A stretch of 64,000 bases of DNA from Massalongia carnosa (lineage: Eukaryota), in the NCBI GenBank assembly GCA_965645245.1, contig OZ287080.1, forward strand, positions 372,001 through 436,000. Reading direction: 5' to 3'. Below, in pieces: positions 10,415 through 22,426 of this stretch (position 1 is the stretch's first letter; each line of letters begins with the position of its first letter). Position numbers and translations under genes: made by a program. A model generated the notes under the pieces. That model did no database searches. It was not told where the DNA came from and worked only from the letters and a program-made list of their open reading frames with translations.

Positions 10415-12090
10415 AGGTGCACATAGCACACAAAGGGTGGAAGGTTTGCATTCGTTGATAAAGAATGTGACAAATAGACATAATCGTCGGCCTCGCTTAG
10501 CTGCCTCCATACGAGTGTACCACCTCTAATACACCTCGTATGGAGGCAGCTAAGCGAGGCCGACGATTACACCTATTAAGGACTTGGTGCGGAAAATATG
10601 CGAAACAGTGCAAAGGGTTCAGGTTGATTACAAAACATCAATCAATCATCAACGAATCAACAATCCCCGGCTAATGAATAGAAGTGCGTTCAAAGACCTT
10701 ATAGGTTTAATAACTCATCATGCTATTGCCCTCATATCTAGAGGGTTGAATGCAGCTAAACTTTTAGTCGAAGATTTCAAGCAACAGGTTTCTTTTGGAG
10801 TTGAAGGGACTGCATTAATCGAATCAATCGGTGAGGATTGTATGCATGATTGTGATTTGTCTTCACGATACGGTCTTTCGTGCAGATGCTGATTGTATCA
10901 TTGCGTCATTGATGTTATCTTCATATCTATCTTCCTCATTCATCCCCGCTGGCTTTTCGATGGCCCGCCTTTTGTGATCTCGTGGAGAATGGTTTTCGAC
11001 CTCATCATAAGTTTCGCTGAGATGCTTCGGAGAGCAACTCACAGGAAGACAATAGAAGAGCAGGATGAAGAGGCGGATGAGGGGGGGAATGCTCAACAAA
11101 GACAAGAATATGAGTCGGAAGAGGAGATCGAGAAGGCAGTTGACAATAATACTGAGGATAGATTTCGTCGCGGGGGTATTGATTTGCTGCATGCGGCCGC
11201 ACATCAATCTATTGCTTTTCATAAATCAATATAAAATATTCATAGAAGGGAGGGATACGCTCGTGAATTCGCCAAATTCACTGCTATTTTCAATAAAAAA
11301 TGGCAGGATAAGGAGCTGGCGAGGTCACTTATTCCTACAACTTTCCTCGACGAAATCCGACCGAAGGACAACCTCATGTATAAAAAGAGTGAGAGTCGCC
11401 GGCGGGCTTACACTGGCCGTGAGGCAGCTGAGGCAGATGAAGCTAAGCAGCGACGTGCTAAACGTAAGGACTCGATTGAAGAAGGGAGGAGAGGAAGGCA
11501 TGAGAATGAATTGCGGACAGGCGATGAAGACAAGGATATGATTGATGATAAAAAACCCACGATGTCAACAAATCGATCGATGTAACGCGGCTAATATTCG
11601 GTATAGATTCCGGAGATGCTATCATCGTATCTGACGACGATGACCTGCAATATATAGCAACTCAGCCTATCCCCGATCCTCCACTTCCTCTGAATGAGAA
11701 TGATAATTTTATTCCTTCATCCCCGGCATCTTCTTTCGATTCATTTGAAGATATTGATGAAGTGCTGACGAAACATAGTCAAAAGGCCAAACGATTCCCT
11801 CCCCAAAAGCTTCTTTCCTTTATAGCCTCAGTCAAAAAAACATCCGCGCTAGCCAGCTATCATCCACATCGTCTGCAACAACAACACGAGGGTCACGGGG
11901 TGTGTTAGCCAAAAAACCGAAGGCTCGGTTGGAGTTAAAGTCTCAGCAGAGGGCCAATCAAGCGGCCAAACAAGCAAGGGCTGTGGGGAAAAATGCAGCT
12001 GCAAGAAAGGTTGCTAAGACTATGAAGCCTAGAAAGGATGATGTTTCGCAATTGAGTGATGCATTTTCGGAATTGAGATCATCGCAATGA
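10415..12090 (+). pseudogene. Mutator-like (MULE) transposase relic, C-terminal part
   Basis: GAHSTQRVEGLHSLIK (MULE catalytic-Glu motif, T.RVEG.H..[IL]K), SWIM-like CMHDCDLSSRYGLSCRC*LYHC, then charged low-complexity tail; stops present. 3' limit uncertain. Confidence 0.7.
10483..10567. mobile_element. 85-bp MITE with TA target duplication
   Basis: 33-bp perfect TIRs (ATCGTCGGCCTCGCTTAGCTGCCTCCATACGAG) around a 19-nt spacer, TA on both sides; excision restores the MULE frame N-R-H-T-P-I-K-D-L. Confidence 0.85.
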
Positions 12091-12772
12091 GTGGTAGGAG
12101 AGTAGTAGTATGAATAGATGAGGATTTTTCAGAATGCGGGGCTAAGCTAAATCAGCTAGAGGAAGCTTGCGGAGAGACGGTGGACGTGCACATATTTAGT
12201 AACTATGGGGAGGTGGCTTGTAGCTAGTCCTAATTTAATGATTTTCGCTGGGGGGGACTGTCCCGAGTCTTTCTCGGTGATTGAGAACCAACTGTACATC
12301 AAAATCACATCGTGAAAACCACTAGTGTAAAAACCTCGTATCATAAACTTAAGTAGATTGCATATGTACGAAGTACGGGTAATGAATAAATTAAAAAATC
12401 AAAAATCAAAAATCTTACTCGACATGCGTGAATGAGACACGTTCGATGTCATGTCTCATTTAAGACCAGAACAGTGCTCGAATGCTGAAATAACAAAACG
12501 CTTTATTCGTCTACTTTCGCAATTTTTTTTTAGTTTCTTTACATTCATATTGTTGAATAAACATGTTTCTGTCTGATGATTCATCCGGTGTGATTAATTA
12601 TAATCAAAGAGGTTGCGAAAGGAGGTACATTGAAGGTAAATAGGGGTGCTGATCGCCTCATTATTTTTGCGCCCACATATCTTAAAGCTTTAAGTTCGGC
12701 CAATCATTTTACATAGAAGTGTATACACAAGATGGCCGCCTTTCACGCCTTTCACTAGCTCGAAAATTATTC

Positions 12773-14694
12773 TTAAACAGTAGCCTCATGCTTCAGGTTT
12801 GATTCTCGGATCGGTACCATCTCCTCCATGCTCCCGCCTTCCCCGCTGTCCTTTTTGGAGGGCACCGCGCTGGCATACCACTTCCGGTGTTTCCACGGCC
12901 CCACCTCAGCTTCTCCACCAGGAGACACATTCTCAAGCCCGCGCACGCTGGAACTCATGGTCCCTCGGTTGCCGGGGGTGTTGCTATGGTCTGCAAGGCG
13001 GACGGAGCCTTTGAGATTGCCATGGTGGGAGTTGTTCGAGTTGGTGAACCGGGCTTGAACAGAACTCGAGATGTACTTACGAAGGAGCGGTCGCAGGTTC
13101 GGGAGGCAAACGCAGACTATGCCGAGACTACACTCATCGTTCAGCCAGAAGCCAGGTTCGACGAGACTCCCTGTTGGAGCGATCAGTTCTAGGCCGATGG
13201 GTAACTGAAGATAGAGCGGTTCGTACATGTGACATCGGGAAACTCCAATTTACCGATAAAGATGAGGCGAAGAATTCCTGCAACGCAAACGCTTGGAGGG
13301 CAAAGAGTAAGTGAGCGTAAATTAACCATGCTACAGGAGGCTTTTCTCGTTTCACTTACAACCCACCCATGAAAAACGTCGCAATCAGGGCTAACCGTTT
13401 AGACATGTTATCAAGCTGTATGGGCTAATGTGCAATATGAGTGAAAAGGAGTGGTGTGTATTGATCTATGGGAGGTCTAGGCTAGCTAACTGAGGGATAT
13501 CTCATAGGGGTTCGTGGGTCATGTGACCCCTAATCGCCTGACACATGTTCATCTGAAGGCCCCACAACCAGGGCAATGGCAGAATCAACATGAGGGCATC
13601 TGTGAACGTACTCGTGCCAGCAAAGGCAAAATACTCCATTTTGAGGTCATTGCAATGGGTGTTGGGAATCGTTTTGTCCCATGCAGCCTTGATAGGCGTG
13701 CAAATGAAGATGCTCGCGAAAAGGAATGTAATCAGCCAGGCGATCATCACAGCTCCGATGGCCATGGACATGCGGTGGAAGGTCCGTGCGCGAAACAAAC
13801 GATTGTAGGTACAGAGCAGGGAGACTTTGGAAGCGGTAATAGAAAGCGCGAAACACAACTCGCTGGTGATAATCAGCTGAAAGCATGCACGTTAGACATA
13901 GCCATTTTCGAATTGGAGCCATATATCACCTTATTAAATTGCGTAAACTCATAAACAGAAACAAACAACTGATGTTTCCCAAACCCGTACCGCGTAGCTA
14001 GAGGTTTGCAGTTGGATTAGCTTGACAAGTCGCGGATACGAAACGAACGAAAAGAACCAACCTGTCGATTCCAAGACGTTGAATGTTGTCTGGAAAACCT
14101 AACTTCATATAAGCAAGACGTTTGACACAGTTCGTTCCATATTTCCCTTACCAACGCAATCAGGATGAGAAAGTCGTCCCATCCATATGAGGCAGCGGAT
14201 ATCCTACGCGATATGACTCGTAGGATAATGGCTAGATATGCGAGTAGAGTTAAGACCAGGCACGTCGTGAGAATCTCATGGGCTCTAGAGTTTCCCAGCG
14301 AAGGAACAAGGTCGAGGCAGGTGTGGACAAAAAATTTTTCGGTGGCTATTGTAATATTCTTATCAGTTGAATCGGAGGATATAACGATTCTTTGTGCGTG
14401 TGGTGCTCAAGAGAGGTGGAGATCAATGAAGACAGACTCACCATCCTGGTCGGTAGAACTACACGTTGTGGTTATGGCGCCACCAACAAATAAAATGAGG
14501 CTAAATCCATTCGTCTCGCACACGCAAGTTAGATCACCACCACATCTCGCTTTTTCGATGCTTTGGGCGACAAGGAGTGCAGGACCTTGCTGAGGCACAT
14601 TAGTTGGCGCAATAAAGATTCCAAATGACTCCAGGGAACATACAGCACACGATGGCAATCCCGCCAAGCTGTCTGGGAATGTCGCATTGGCCAT
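12773..14694 (-). pseudogene. CFEM-domain PTH11-like GPCR (rhodopsin-domain integral membrane protein), disrupted by a solo LTR
   Basis: Degenerate CFEM (LAGLPSCA...C..DLTCVC...TTCSSTDQ), YGWDDFLILIAL, KVSLL..YNRLF, FICTPIKAAWD, TDALMLILPLP, LGIVCVCLPNLRPL; multi-exon; insertion at 13409-13543 brings an in-frame stop. Confidence 0.8.
13409..13543. mobile_element. 135-bp solo LTR
   Basis: Perfect 5-bp TSD CATGT (13404-13408, 13544-13548); ends TATCA (mutated TGTCA)...TGACA. Confidence 0.85.
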
Positions 14695-15856
14695 GGCTGT
14701 AGCAACTCCTCCAACTTTATGTTGGTCTTTTACCGAATTGTGAAAACAAGAATGTCATGTATCACGGCTAGTTGTGGTGTTTTGTCAGTCGCCTCTCTTT
14801 CCTGTGGTTCTTACATACGTTGGACAATTAGCGACTGGCTAGATGGTCAGCGTTCCAGTTCTTCGTAGTCCGGTCAGTCATTGGTTTGTCTTCTTGCCGC
14901 TCGTTGGCACCGGTTGTGTAACCAATGATTTGGCTCGAATCCAAGCAGTCGAAGGTGGTTATCGAAAACTCGCGGCCTAAAATTCCGGACAGCAGGATGG
15001 TTATAGGTCATTTCCGCTACTCGAGAGGATAACAATGGAACGGAGGTTCCAAGTGCTTGGAGATGCTAAGACGCCAAGATCAATCCGGTGGCGTTTTAGG
15101 ATCAATGAGAATGGGAGGGTCGCCAGGGCAGGTACTCGTACACAGTAGAGTCTGTGCCCATTAGCTCTCGGCTCGCCATCGAAAGATCTTCATCGCTTTC
15201 AAGCGCGGTCCCTGTTTCCATGTGCGACCCTGTCCTCGAATCTCACATCTACGTCGATATCCCCGCAAAGTGGCACGATTAGGGGTTCTCGCCAAGGATA
15301 AGGAAGAGCCCCTAAGATCCCCCCACTTACGACGAGGTTATGCCTTTGAATGATGGGTCAACTAGACCCTCCACCAGACCTCAAGCTAGAGGAATACCCT
15401 GCTCGGAGCAGACTTTGTGCCGTCTGCCACGTTGAGCTGCGAATAATGATCCAGAGACTAGGCCCTCGGGAAAGCATCTACTGACGCGGACTGGTTCCTG
15501 GGGTTTCAGGGTCTCACTGCGGCTTGTCGAGATCGAGTGATTTCTAGAAATAACATTTTGACACCGAACGACCCTCGGACTTGCAAAAGGATTCAGCATC
15601 CCGCTGCCGCAGGTTGACCTAAGCTCCGATATTTTGATCGAAACCCTTATACACCGTAGTCCGTACTCCGTAGTCCAGTTCGTGAGGTAGGAAACCAAGA
15701 TCGAAAAGGTTCGTTAAGCGACCAGACCCAGATCCTGTTTCACCCGAACGCAGGGGTGCAAGGATACAAAGTAAGTTTTAGGGTTCCCCATCAAAGCTAA
15801 TCGTAATGTATCAAAAAGCACCGTTTGCGGGGTTTGGAAAGATTATAAGATCATTA

Positions 15857-15908
15857 TATTACATACCATATTACATACCATATTACATACCATATTACAT
15901 ACCATATT
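15857..15908 (+). repeat. Tandem repeat (TATTACATACCA) x4.3
   Basis: Directly visible. Confidence 0.95.
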
Positions 15909-18804
15909 TTCCTTCGTGCTTGACATTATCAATCACCTCCTTTCTCGCTGGCTATGCTGCTCCGTCCAACAATGAGTTCCCTAGCTTAGCCGATTTGTGG
16001 TGTAAACTATCCTTGGAGGTGGAAAGGATTGAAATCCTTACAAGGCGAAAGAGATTTTGGAGAATCGTGGGGTGGCCAAGCGTGGAGGTAACTATCTGGG
16101 ACCGACGCCACTCAAACCATGTCATCCACCGCTCTCGAGTTTAATAATGAGATGAACGTGAGCATTTAGTTCAATCTCGATTAATCGATAGGTTCGATGG
16201 TGATTGGCGCTGGTGGAAAGACCGGTTGCATTTTTCCTTCTAACCTGCAGATGATATATACTAAAAGGCTGCTAAAGTGTTGTGTTAACGCCCTCGAAAT
16301 CCTGGAGTCTTGGCAAACTCCCCTCCCTGCCAAGACCCTCGTAATCGAAGCGAGTTAGTCGGCGACTCGCTTCGATTCTTGACTCGATTATTTGCTTTCT
16401 TCATCTAGGATCCGGTCGACATCAGACGTTCATCTCGTTCCACTTCTCCCATCGGCGTCGGCTTAAATCCTCTAAAACTTAGGGTTCAAAGTTCATGGCT
16501 TTATCTTAATCTTTAGTGGCTTTTACAAGTGACATACGCGAGATTCGTCACAGTGTTCCTATGCTTCAATCCATGTAGTCAAAGTGTCGCCGACGTGCTT
16601 CGAGTGTCAAGTATCTCAATATGTAATAAGATCGCACGATGCGTTGAAGGTCTGCTTTATGATTGTTCCTCGATTCCTATTTGCTCCTGCAGCAGCCCCG
16701 TTAAGTTTCCCTTTAGGAACTCCTCTACTCTTGTTAATACCATCTTCTTTTCTCCTATTTTTTCTCTAAAAACTACGAGCTCTCTAGAGGCTATGTATTA
16801 CAGCCTCGTCCTCCACAGCCTTTACATCACTTGAATAGCTCGACTGGATCATTATTAGTTCCTCATGTAGTATTATCTGCGGCGGTTTGAAGTAGAGCAG
16901 CTCGCTATGGGCCATGACTAGAAGTCGATAGAAATGAAAAAAAGAAACATCATGTTCTGGTTTACTAGGGCGAGTCAAACAACTATTGTCATCCTATCGG
17001 GCTTAATCCGTTTATAAATCCCATTTGCTAGCTGCCTTGAATGTATTACGCTTCGTAAGATCTAAGACCGAACGGCGGGGAACCTTAACACTTCAACTCT
17101 CGTTGGCTGAGTCGTTCACGTCGCAAGTAACCGTTTTAAGATCGTAGGCTGCGGATACGAGGGGCCTGGTTGTCATTTACGTCTAGACTGCGTTCCAACT
17201 GCTGGAGCTTTCTTCACGCTTTCCGGTACGCCAACATACTCCATTCATCGTGCATCCGTAAATCAAGCTATATGTATCTCAATGCTGTTGATTTCATATT
17301 TACTTTATCTCGCTCAAACGGGTTCCGTTAAGCGAATATCGTTTAGAGTCCTGAGCAACAACAGGTCTCACATCTGTGGTGTTTCTTCATATGTCTTTCT
17401 TCTCTTGGCAGAAAGCATGGAGTATATCTGAAAGTTTCTGACTCTTGTCAGTTTCTTCCTTGTGCGTTTTCTACTATAGGAACCCACGGAAGAGGTGGTG
17501 AATTATATCAAAGCTTGATAGATTCTCCTTTCCAAACAGGATAATTGATTAATATAGGAAACTACTCTTTACTTATTAGACAAGCTAACGAGGCGTTCTA
17601 TCGAGCAATAGCCAGCATGACATCCGGAGTTAAGACTAGTAACACATTTGAAGGTGGCGGCTACGATATACCACGCGTATTTCATGTTCAAGGAGTTTTC
17701 AAATTGAAATAGAGTAAAAATGTATGGGAATGAGAAGCAGATGAAACGAGGCAAAGCATCATAGGACAACTTCCGCCAGATCTCCATACGGCTATCTTAA
17801 TCCAACAAAAAATCAATGAGTATAACAAGTAGAGGGCACGGATAGCTTGACCTACCCCATTGAGAACCCTATCTCTTTAATCTTCATGAACCGCTGGGAC
17901 TACTCCTCATGTTGATTGACTTGCATTCTCCATCCTTCATTCTCCATATTCATCGGTGTCGAATTGAGGACACTGGCCAAAAACCGTGATTTTAGATAGG
18001 GGGAGAAGAAAAGGGGGGGCTATAGGTAGCGAAGTGAACGGATCGACCCTTCGATGCAGCCTCATGCACCTCGCGAGAGGAATGTTTATTCAAGATGCAT
18101 GAGTCTCATGTACTCGTACGTTGTACGTATCTGATACTCTAGCGATATCTTATGGCGTCGGTATGCATGATCTATTCCCTGTAGGTGGCTTTGCTTAATC
18201 TAATGAAGCAAGAGGGCAAAGAAAAGATCGCGTAAAGTGGATAACTGGGCCTACAACTCACACATCTCGTACTTCTCAATAGGTCGTCTTAAACCTTTGA
18301 GTGCACAGGAGTAAAAATCTAAATATCGAGTGTAATGAACATAAAGTAGATCGTCTCTGATATATTTTTTGGCAGCGACTTTAAGGGTTATATTATGCGG
18401 TTGACCTACGGATGTCTCTACGTAGCGTAGAAAGCATGTAGATATCCTCTGTCGAACTATGAAAGCAGAATGAGTGAAAACTGTTCAACTGCAACAGCCA
18501 GCATGAAATGTGAGATCTCAGTATCCTCGCCGGCCTTCGGATAGTGTATATTCTCTGAACAAAATCGGCCCAAACTCTTCGAATGACATCAAGCGCATAC
18601 AGGCTCACAGCTGAAAACTGTCGACTGGCATCCACACGTTTCAAGCTTGGAGAAAATATATATCGTACCGCTTGACCCACTAAGATCACCATCCTTGTGG
18701 ACCCAGCAAAATCGAGACCCATTTCTCCTATTTACCATACTTTAGTCGGTAAACGTCGTCGAATTCTGGTGGAAAGAGCACACATGCAGGCCAATCTGAT
18801 AAAC

Positions 18805-19398
18805 TCAAGAGATATCATTTCTTGAGCGCGGAATTTCACCAGAAGCTGACGCATATCCCAAATCTTCTCCAAGCTTTTTGCCGTTGACCATGATCGCTTG
18901 ACAGTCTTGCAGAACAAAAAGCATCCTCGCCCATTCCTTGTCGCTTGGATTCTTCCAGGCGTGCATCGTACCTCGTTGTACCGCCACATCTCCTCTATGC
19001 ATCAGTTTAGACTCCCCAGAGTCCAGGAGCATCTCCATTGTCCCTTCGAGCACCACGCCATAATCAAGGCTCTGAGTGCGATGCATCAAAGGCTTGGATC
19101 CCGGGCCGAAGTCGACCATGCGGCATACGGTACCGGTTTGATTCACCAAGCCAATTGTGCCGGCAGCCATGAGCTCATCGTGAGTGCTTATGTCTTGGTC
19201 ATCTTTGAGCGAGGCTGGAAAGCCGGAGGTGGTATAGACGACATTAAAGCCGACTGTATCCTCCGCAATACTGGTCCATGAACCTTCTCGCGTGGACCGC
19301 ACCACCGCTTTGCCCGTCTCATTGTGGCCAGTTAAATAGTGCGTCACTCCTGGCAGATCCGACACCTGGCCCGGATTTGAGGGACGAGCACTTGGCAT
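18805..19398 (-). CDS. Cupin-domain protein, single exon
   Basis: Metal-binding cupin motifs MHRTQSLDYGVVLEG and GDVAVQRGTMHAWKN. Confidence 0.9.
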   Translation of the reverse strand: MPSARPSNPGQVSDLPGVTHYLTGHNETGKAVVRSTREGSWTSIAEDTVGFNVVYTTSGFPASLKDDQDISTHDELMAAGTIGLVNQTGTVCRMVDFGPGSKPLMHRTQSLDYGVVLEGTMEMLLDSGESKLMHRGDVAVQRGTMHAWKNPSDKEWARMLFVLQDCQAIMVNGKKLGEDLGYASASGEIPRSRNDIS

Positions 19399-20215
19399 GA
19401 TGTAGACACTGGATGGCCGGTTAATTTTCGATGTGGAGATATTGCGAAAAGCCTTGGTGGAAGATTTGGGGGATTGTTATCTCAGCAGGAAATTTTTAAC
19501 GCCAAGCAGCATCCGTGCTCAACAAATCGCTCGGATTGCGCTGCATAAACGGTTGAGTGGCTCGCATACAGAGTATCGGAAGGTTTATCTGATCCATAAC
19601 GTAAGAAACGATCTTTCTGGCCCAACGAACCCCGCTCACCATTCCAGGGGCGCGACCCTAGAGCGCCGTGGAGAGATCATGGAGTATAGAGCACTATGTG
19701 CTTCGTAGAAGTCGTACACTGTACTCTGTACAGTGTACAAAAGATTCTTCCATGCCTTATCGTCTTCTAGAGTATAGGCATCTCGCCAAATGCCTCCCAA
19801 CCAAAGACTTTTCATACTATTATTGATTGGCTAGGCTTGATGGTGATGACCCGAGGTCTATCACCAGGATCGACACACACCAGTTGTTCGGAAGTCAGTG
19901 CTTTCAATCTTCCAATCCACTCAACCCCGAGAAACGGGAGAGAAGCGGGAGAAATGTCAGGAACAGAGCGAATGGCTTCCCCATGCGTATCCTCTCTAAT
20001 TGGTTAGTTAAACCCTTCGTTAGGCCGCACGAATAGTTGGCTTTGCTTAGTCTCCATCGCATTGTTGGCAAAGGCGGGGTTGAGATCGAGCAATAAAAAG
20101 AAAGAATGATAGCCTCGAAAACACTCATAACGGGAACCATGGACCGGCATCTCTACCAATTACCTCTCTCACTTGACTCACCTCTCGCTGCGACGGTCGC
20201 GGAACATTCAACATC

Positions 20216-21784
20216 ATGGACAAGGCCAAGATGAAAGCACTCATCGGCGAAATGTCCGGAATGAAGCCTCCTCCAGGAGTGATTCAGAACTTGGAGCATC
20301 CGCCGACCATGCAGAACTGGAATCTATTGTGCCAAGTCATCTGTCTGTCGTTGAGTACGATCTGCGTTTTGATCCGCATGTACACCAAGATTTTTATCAC
20401 CAAATCTCACGGATGGGAAGACTGTATGCTCCGGGGGCTTCGTTTGACCATCTCATGCTGGAACTAACAGGGAATCAGATACTTGCTTTGTCGCATGGGT
20501 GAGCGAAGCTCCTAGAGGGACGGGTCTTATCTCAAAACCTGCTTACATGTGGAATCTGCCTTAGCTAGGCCTCTTGGCCTATTCTGGAATGCAACTCTTG
20601 CCTATATTTACACGGTTTCCCGGTGTCCACCTATGGAACGTCAAGATAAAGTACCTTGAAGAATGGGGCAGGGTGAGTCTTGATGAAACCCCCCCGACCT
20701 TGAGAACTTCAAGTGCTGACACTAATACGCCGATGCCATAGTTGTCAAGTATAATTGAAATCCTTTACACCCCCACCATCTTCCTCGCCAAGCTATCCAT
20801 TCTCCTGTTGTACCTCCGAATCTTCGTCACAGCCTATCGGTCGAAAACGTATTATGCCATTCATTTCATCATTTGGACCAATCTCCTCTTCTATCTAGCC
20901 AACTTACCCGCGGAGATCTGGGCATGCGTACCCCGAGAGAAGATCTGGGATCTCACCGTTGACGGCCACTGCATCAATAACGAGGCGCTAATCGTGACGG
21001 GGGGTGTCATTAACGTCGTCTCGGATTTTGGGATCTTACTTATTCCAATCGTATCAATCGGCCGGCTTCAAATGCCCCTGATCAAAAAAATGGGTATATC
21101 CGCGGTGTTCGCAACGGGCTTCTTGCAAGTGCTCCGTCTCTCGGGTCTAAACAAGTAATAAATAGCTGATTCTCTCCAGCGCTTGCATCTCCAGCGTCAT
21201 GCACCTTGTGACTGCAGTGCAAATGATGGGCAACGCCGACATCACTTACTATTTGTTCCCTCTTGCGTTATGGACGTAAGAAACCCCCTTTTCCGCTTTC
21301 GTGACCAAAATGGGACCTTTCGTGCTCACAGCGCCTAAGCACCGCCGAACTCGCCTCCGGCGTTATCTGCAGCTCTCTCCTTACCATGCCGCATTTCTTC
21401 CGCCACATCGCACCCAAAATCGCCAGCAAGCTCTCCTCCAGCCGGAAAACCCCCAGCGGCGGCAGCGGCTCCAACAGATTTGTGGCCTTCGCTCCCGGAA
21501 CCGCAGGAGCGGCGGGGGCCAGACGGGCTTCGAAACCACCACCCCACTGGCACGATTTGTACGATACGACCACCAGCCGGCAAGACACGTACACAGAGCT
21601 GAGCGATAGCAACGACTGGCATACACCGCCCACGACGACGATTCATGGTGGGGCGCAGACGGCCGGCGCTGTGGAGAAAGGGGCATGGGGAGCGCCGGTG
21701 GTGGTGATGTCGGACGAGAAGGCGATGGAGGCGGGCATCGTGAAGACGGTAAGGGTGGAGCAGTGTCCTGTCTCGCGCGTTTAG
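20216..21784 (+). CDS. PTH11-like integral membrane protein (rhodopsin domain, no CFEM), multi-exon
   Basis: PPPGV..N..HP N-terminus, LIRMYTK...GWED, AKLSILLLYLRIF, WACVPREKIWD, NVVSDFGILLIP, ELASGVICSSL; GT-AG introns. Confidence 0.85.
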
Positions 21785-22343
21785 GTTCATAGGACGGAAT
21801 GGTGTCAGGGGTCCGGTGTTTTGGGGGAAAAAAGGGGGTCGGGAAGATCGAGTTTCTGTCTTTTCGGAGTTTCGTTTGAGATACCACGTGGAAGAGAGAA
21901 AAGTACACGACGGCATGAGGCCGGAGTTATAGTTGTACAATATACTAGATAGTGAAAGTAACAACAGCACGAATGGTAGAGTCCTACTTATGCTCCTATC
22001 CAGCCAATTTCTGAGCAAAACAGTCGAAAATACCATCGCCCTATGTTTTGTAACCCCTTCCACACCCCATCTTTCCCTCCTCTCCCGGACCCCCCCCTTC
22101 ACACCTAAGTATCTCGCCTATACCCCACCAAAAGAAACCATCAGCAGCCCTAGATTGCACGAGGACTTTCTTTTTCTTGTTTTTCTTGTCGAAACTATTA
22201 TCCGTCTACTTCGCCGTCTGGCTGACTTAAGCCGCGATGGTGCAAATGATTGGTGATTGAGGGGGTGGGTGGAAAAAGACGGGAAGGGTTTTTTTTGTTG
22301 GATACATGGTATTGGGAGTTTGCTTATTTCTTTATTTTACATT

Positions 22344-22426
22344 ATATGTATGTATTTATGTATGTATGTATGTATGTATGTATGTATGTATGTATGTATG
22401 TATGTATGTATGTGTGTGTATGTGTA
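22344..22426 (+). repeat. (TATG)n microsatellite grading into (TG)n
   Basis: Directly visible. Confidence 0.95.

Noticed and set aside
12130..12345. MULE terminal inverted repeat
   Set aside because: No partner end in the window, so it cannot be delimited.
15806..16144. ORF with YYIP repeats
   Set aside because: Product of the 12-bp tandem repeat; no other coding signal.
16200..16490. Telomerase RNA, RNase P/MRP or hammerhead identity for the structured segment (TTAGGGTT near 16480, GGAAAGACCGG, minus-strand CTGATGT)
   Set aside because: The template-like motif is on the opposite strand to the G-U-compatible fold, no CR-V ACAnAA motif is present, and the hammerhead core CUGAnGA is not matched.
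16500..17800. Possible decayed minus-strand gene
   Set aside because: Short protein-like stretches but many stops and no motif I can recognise.
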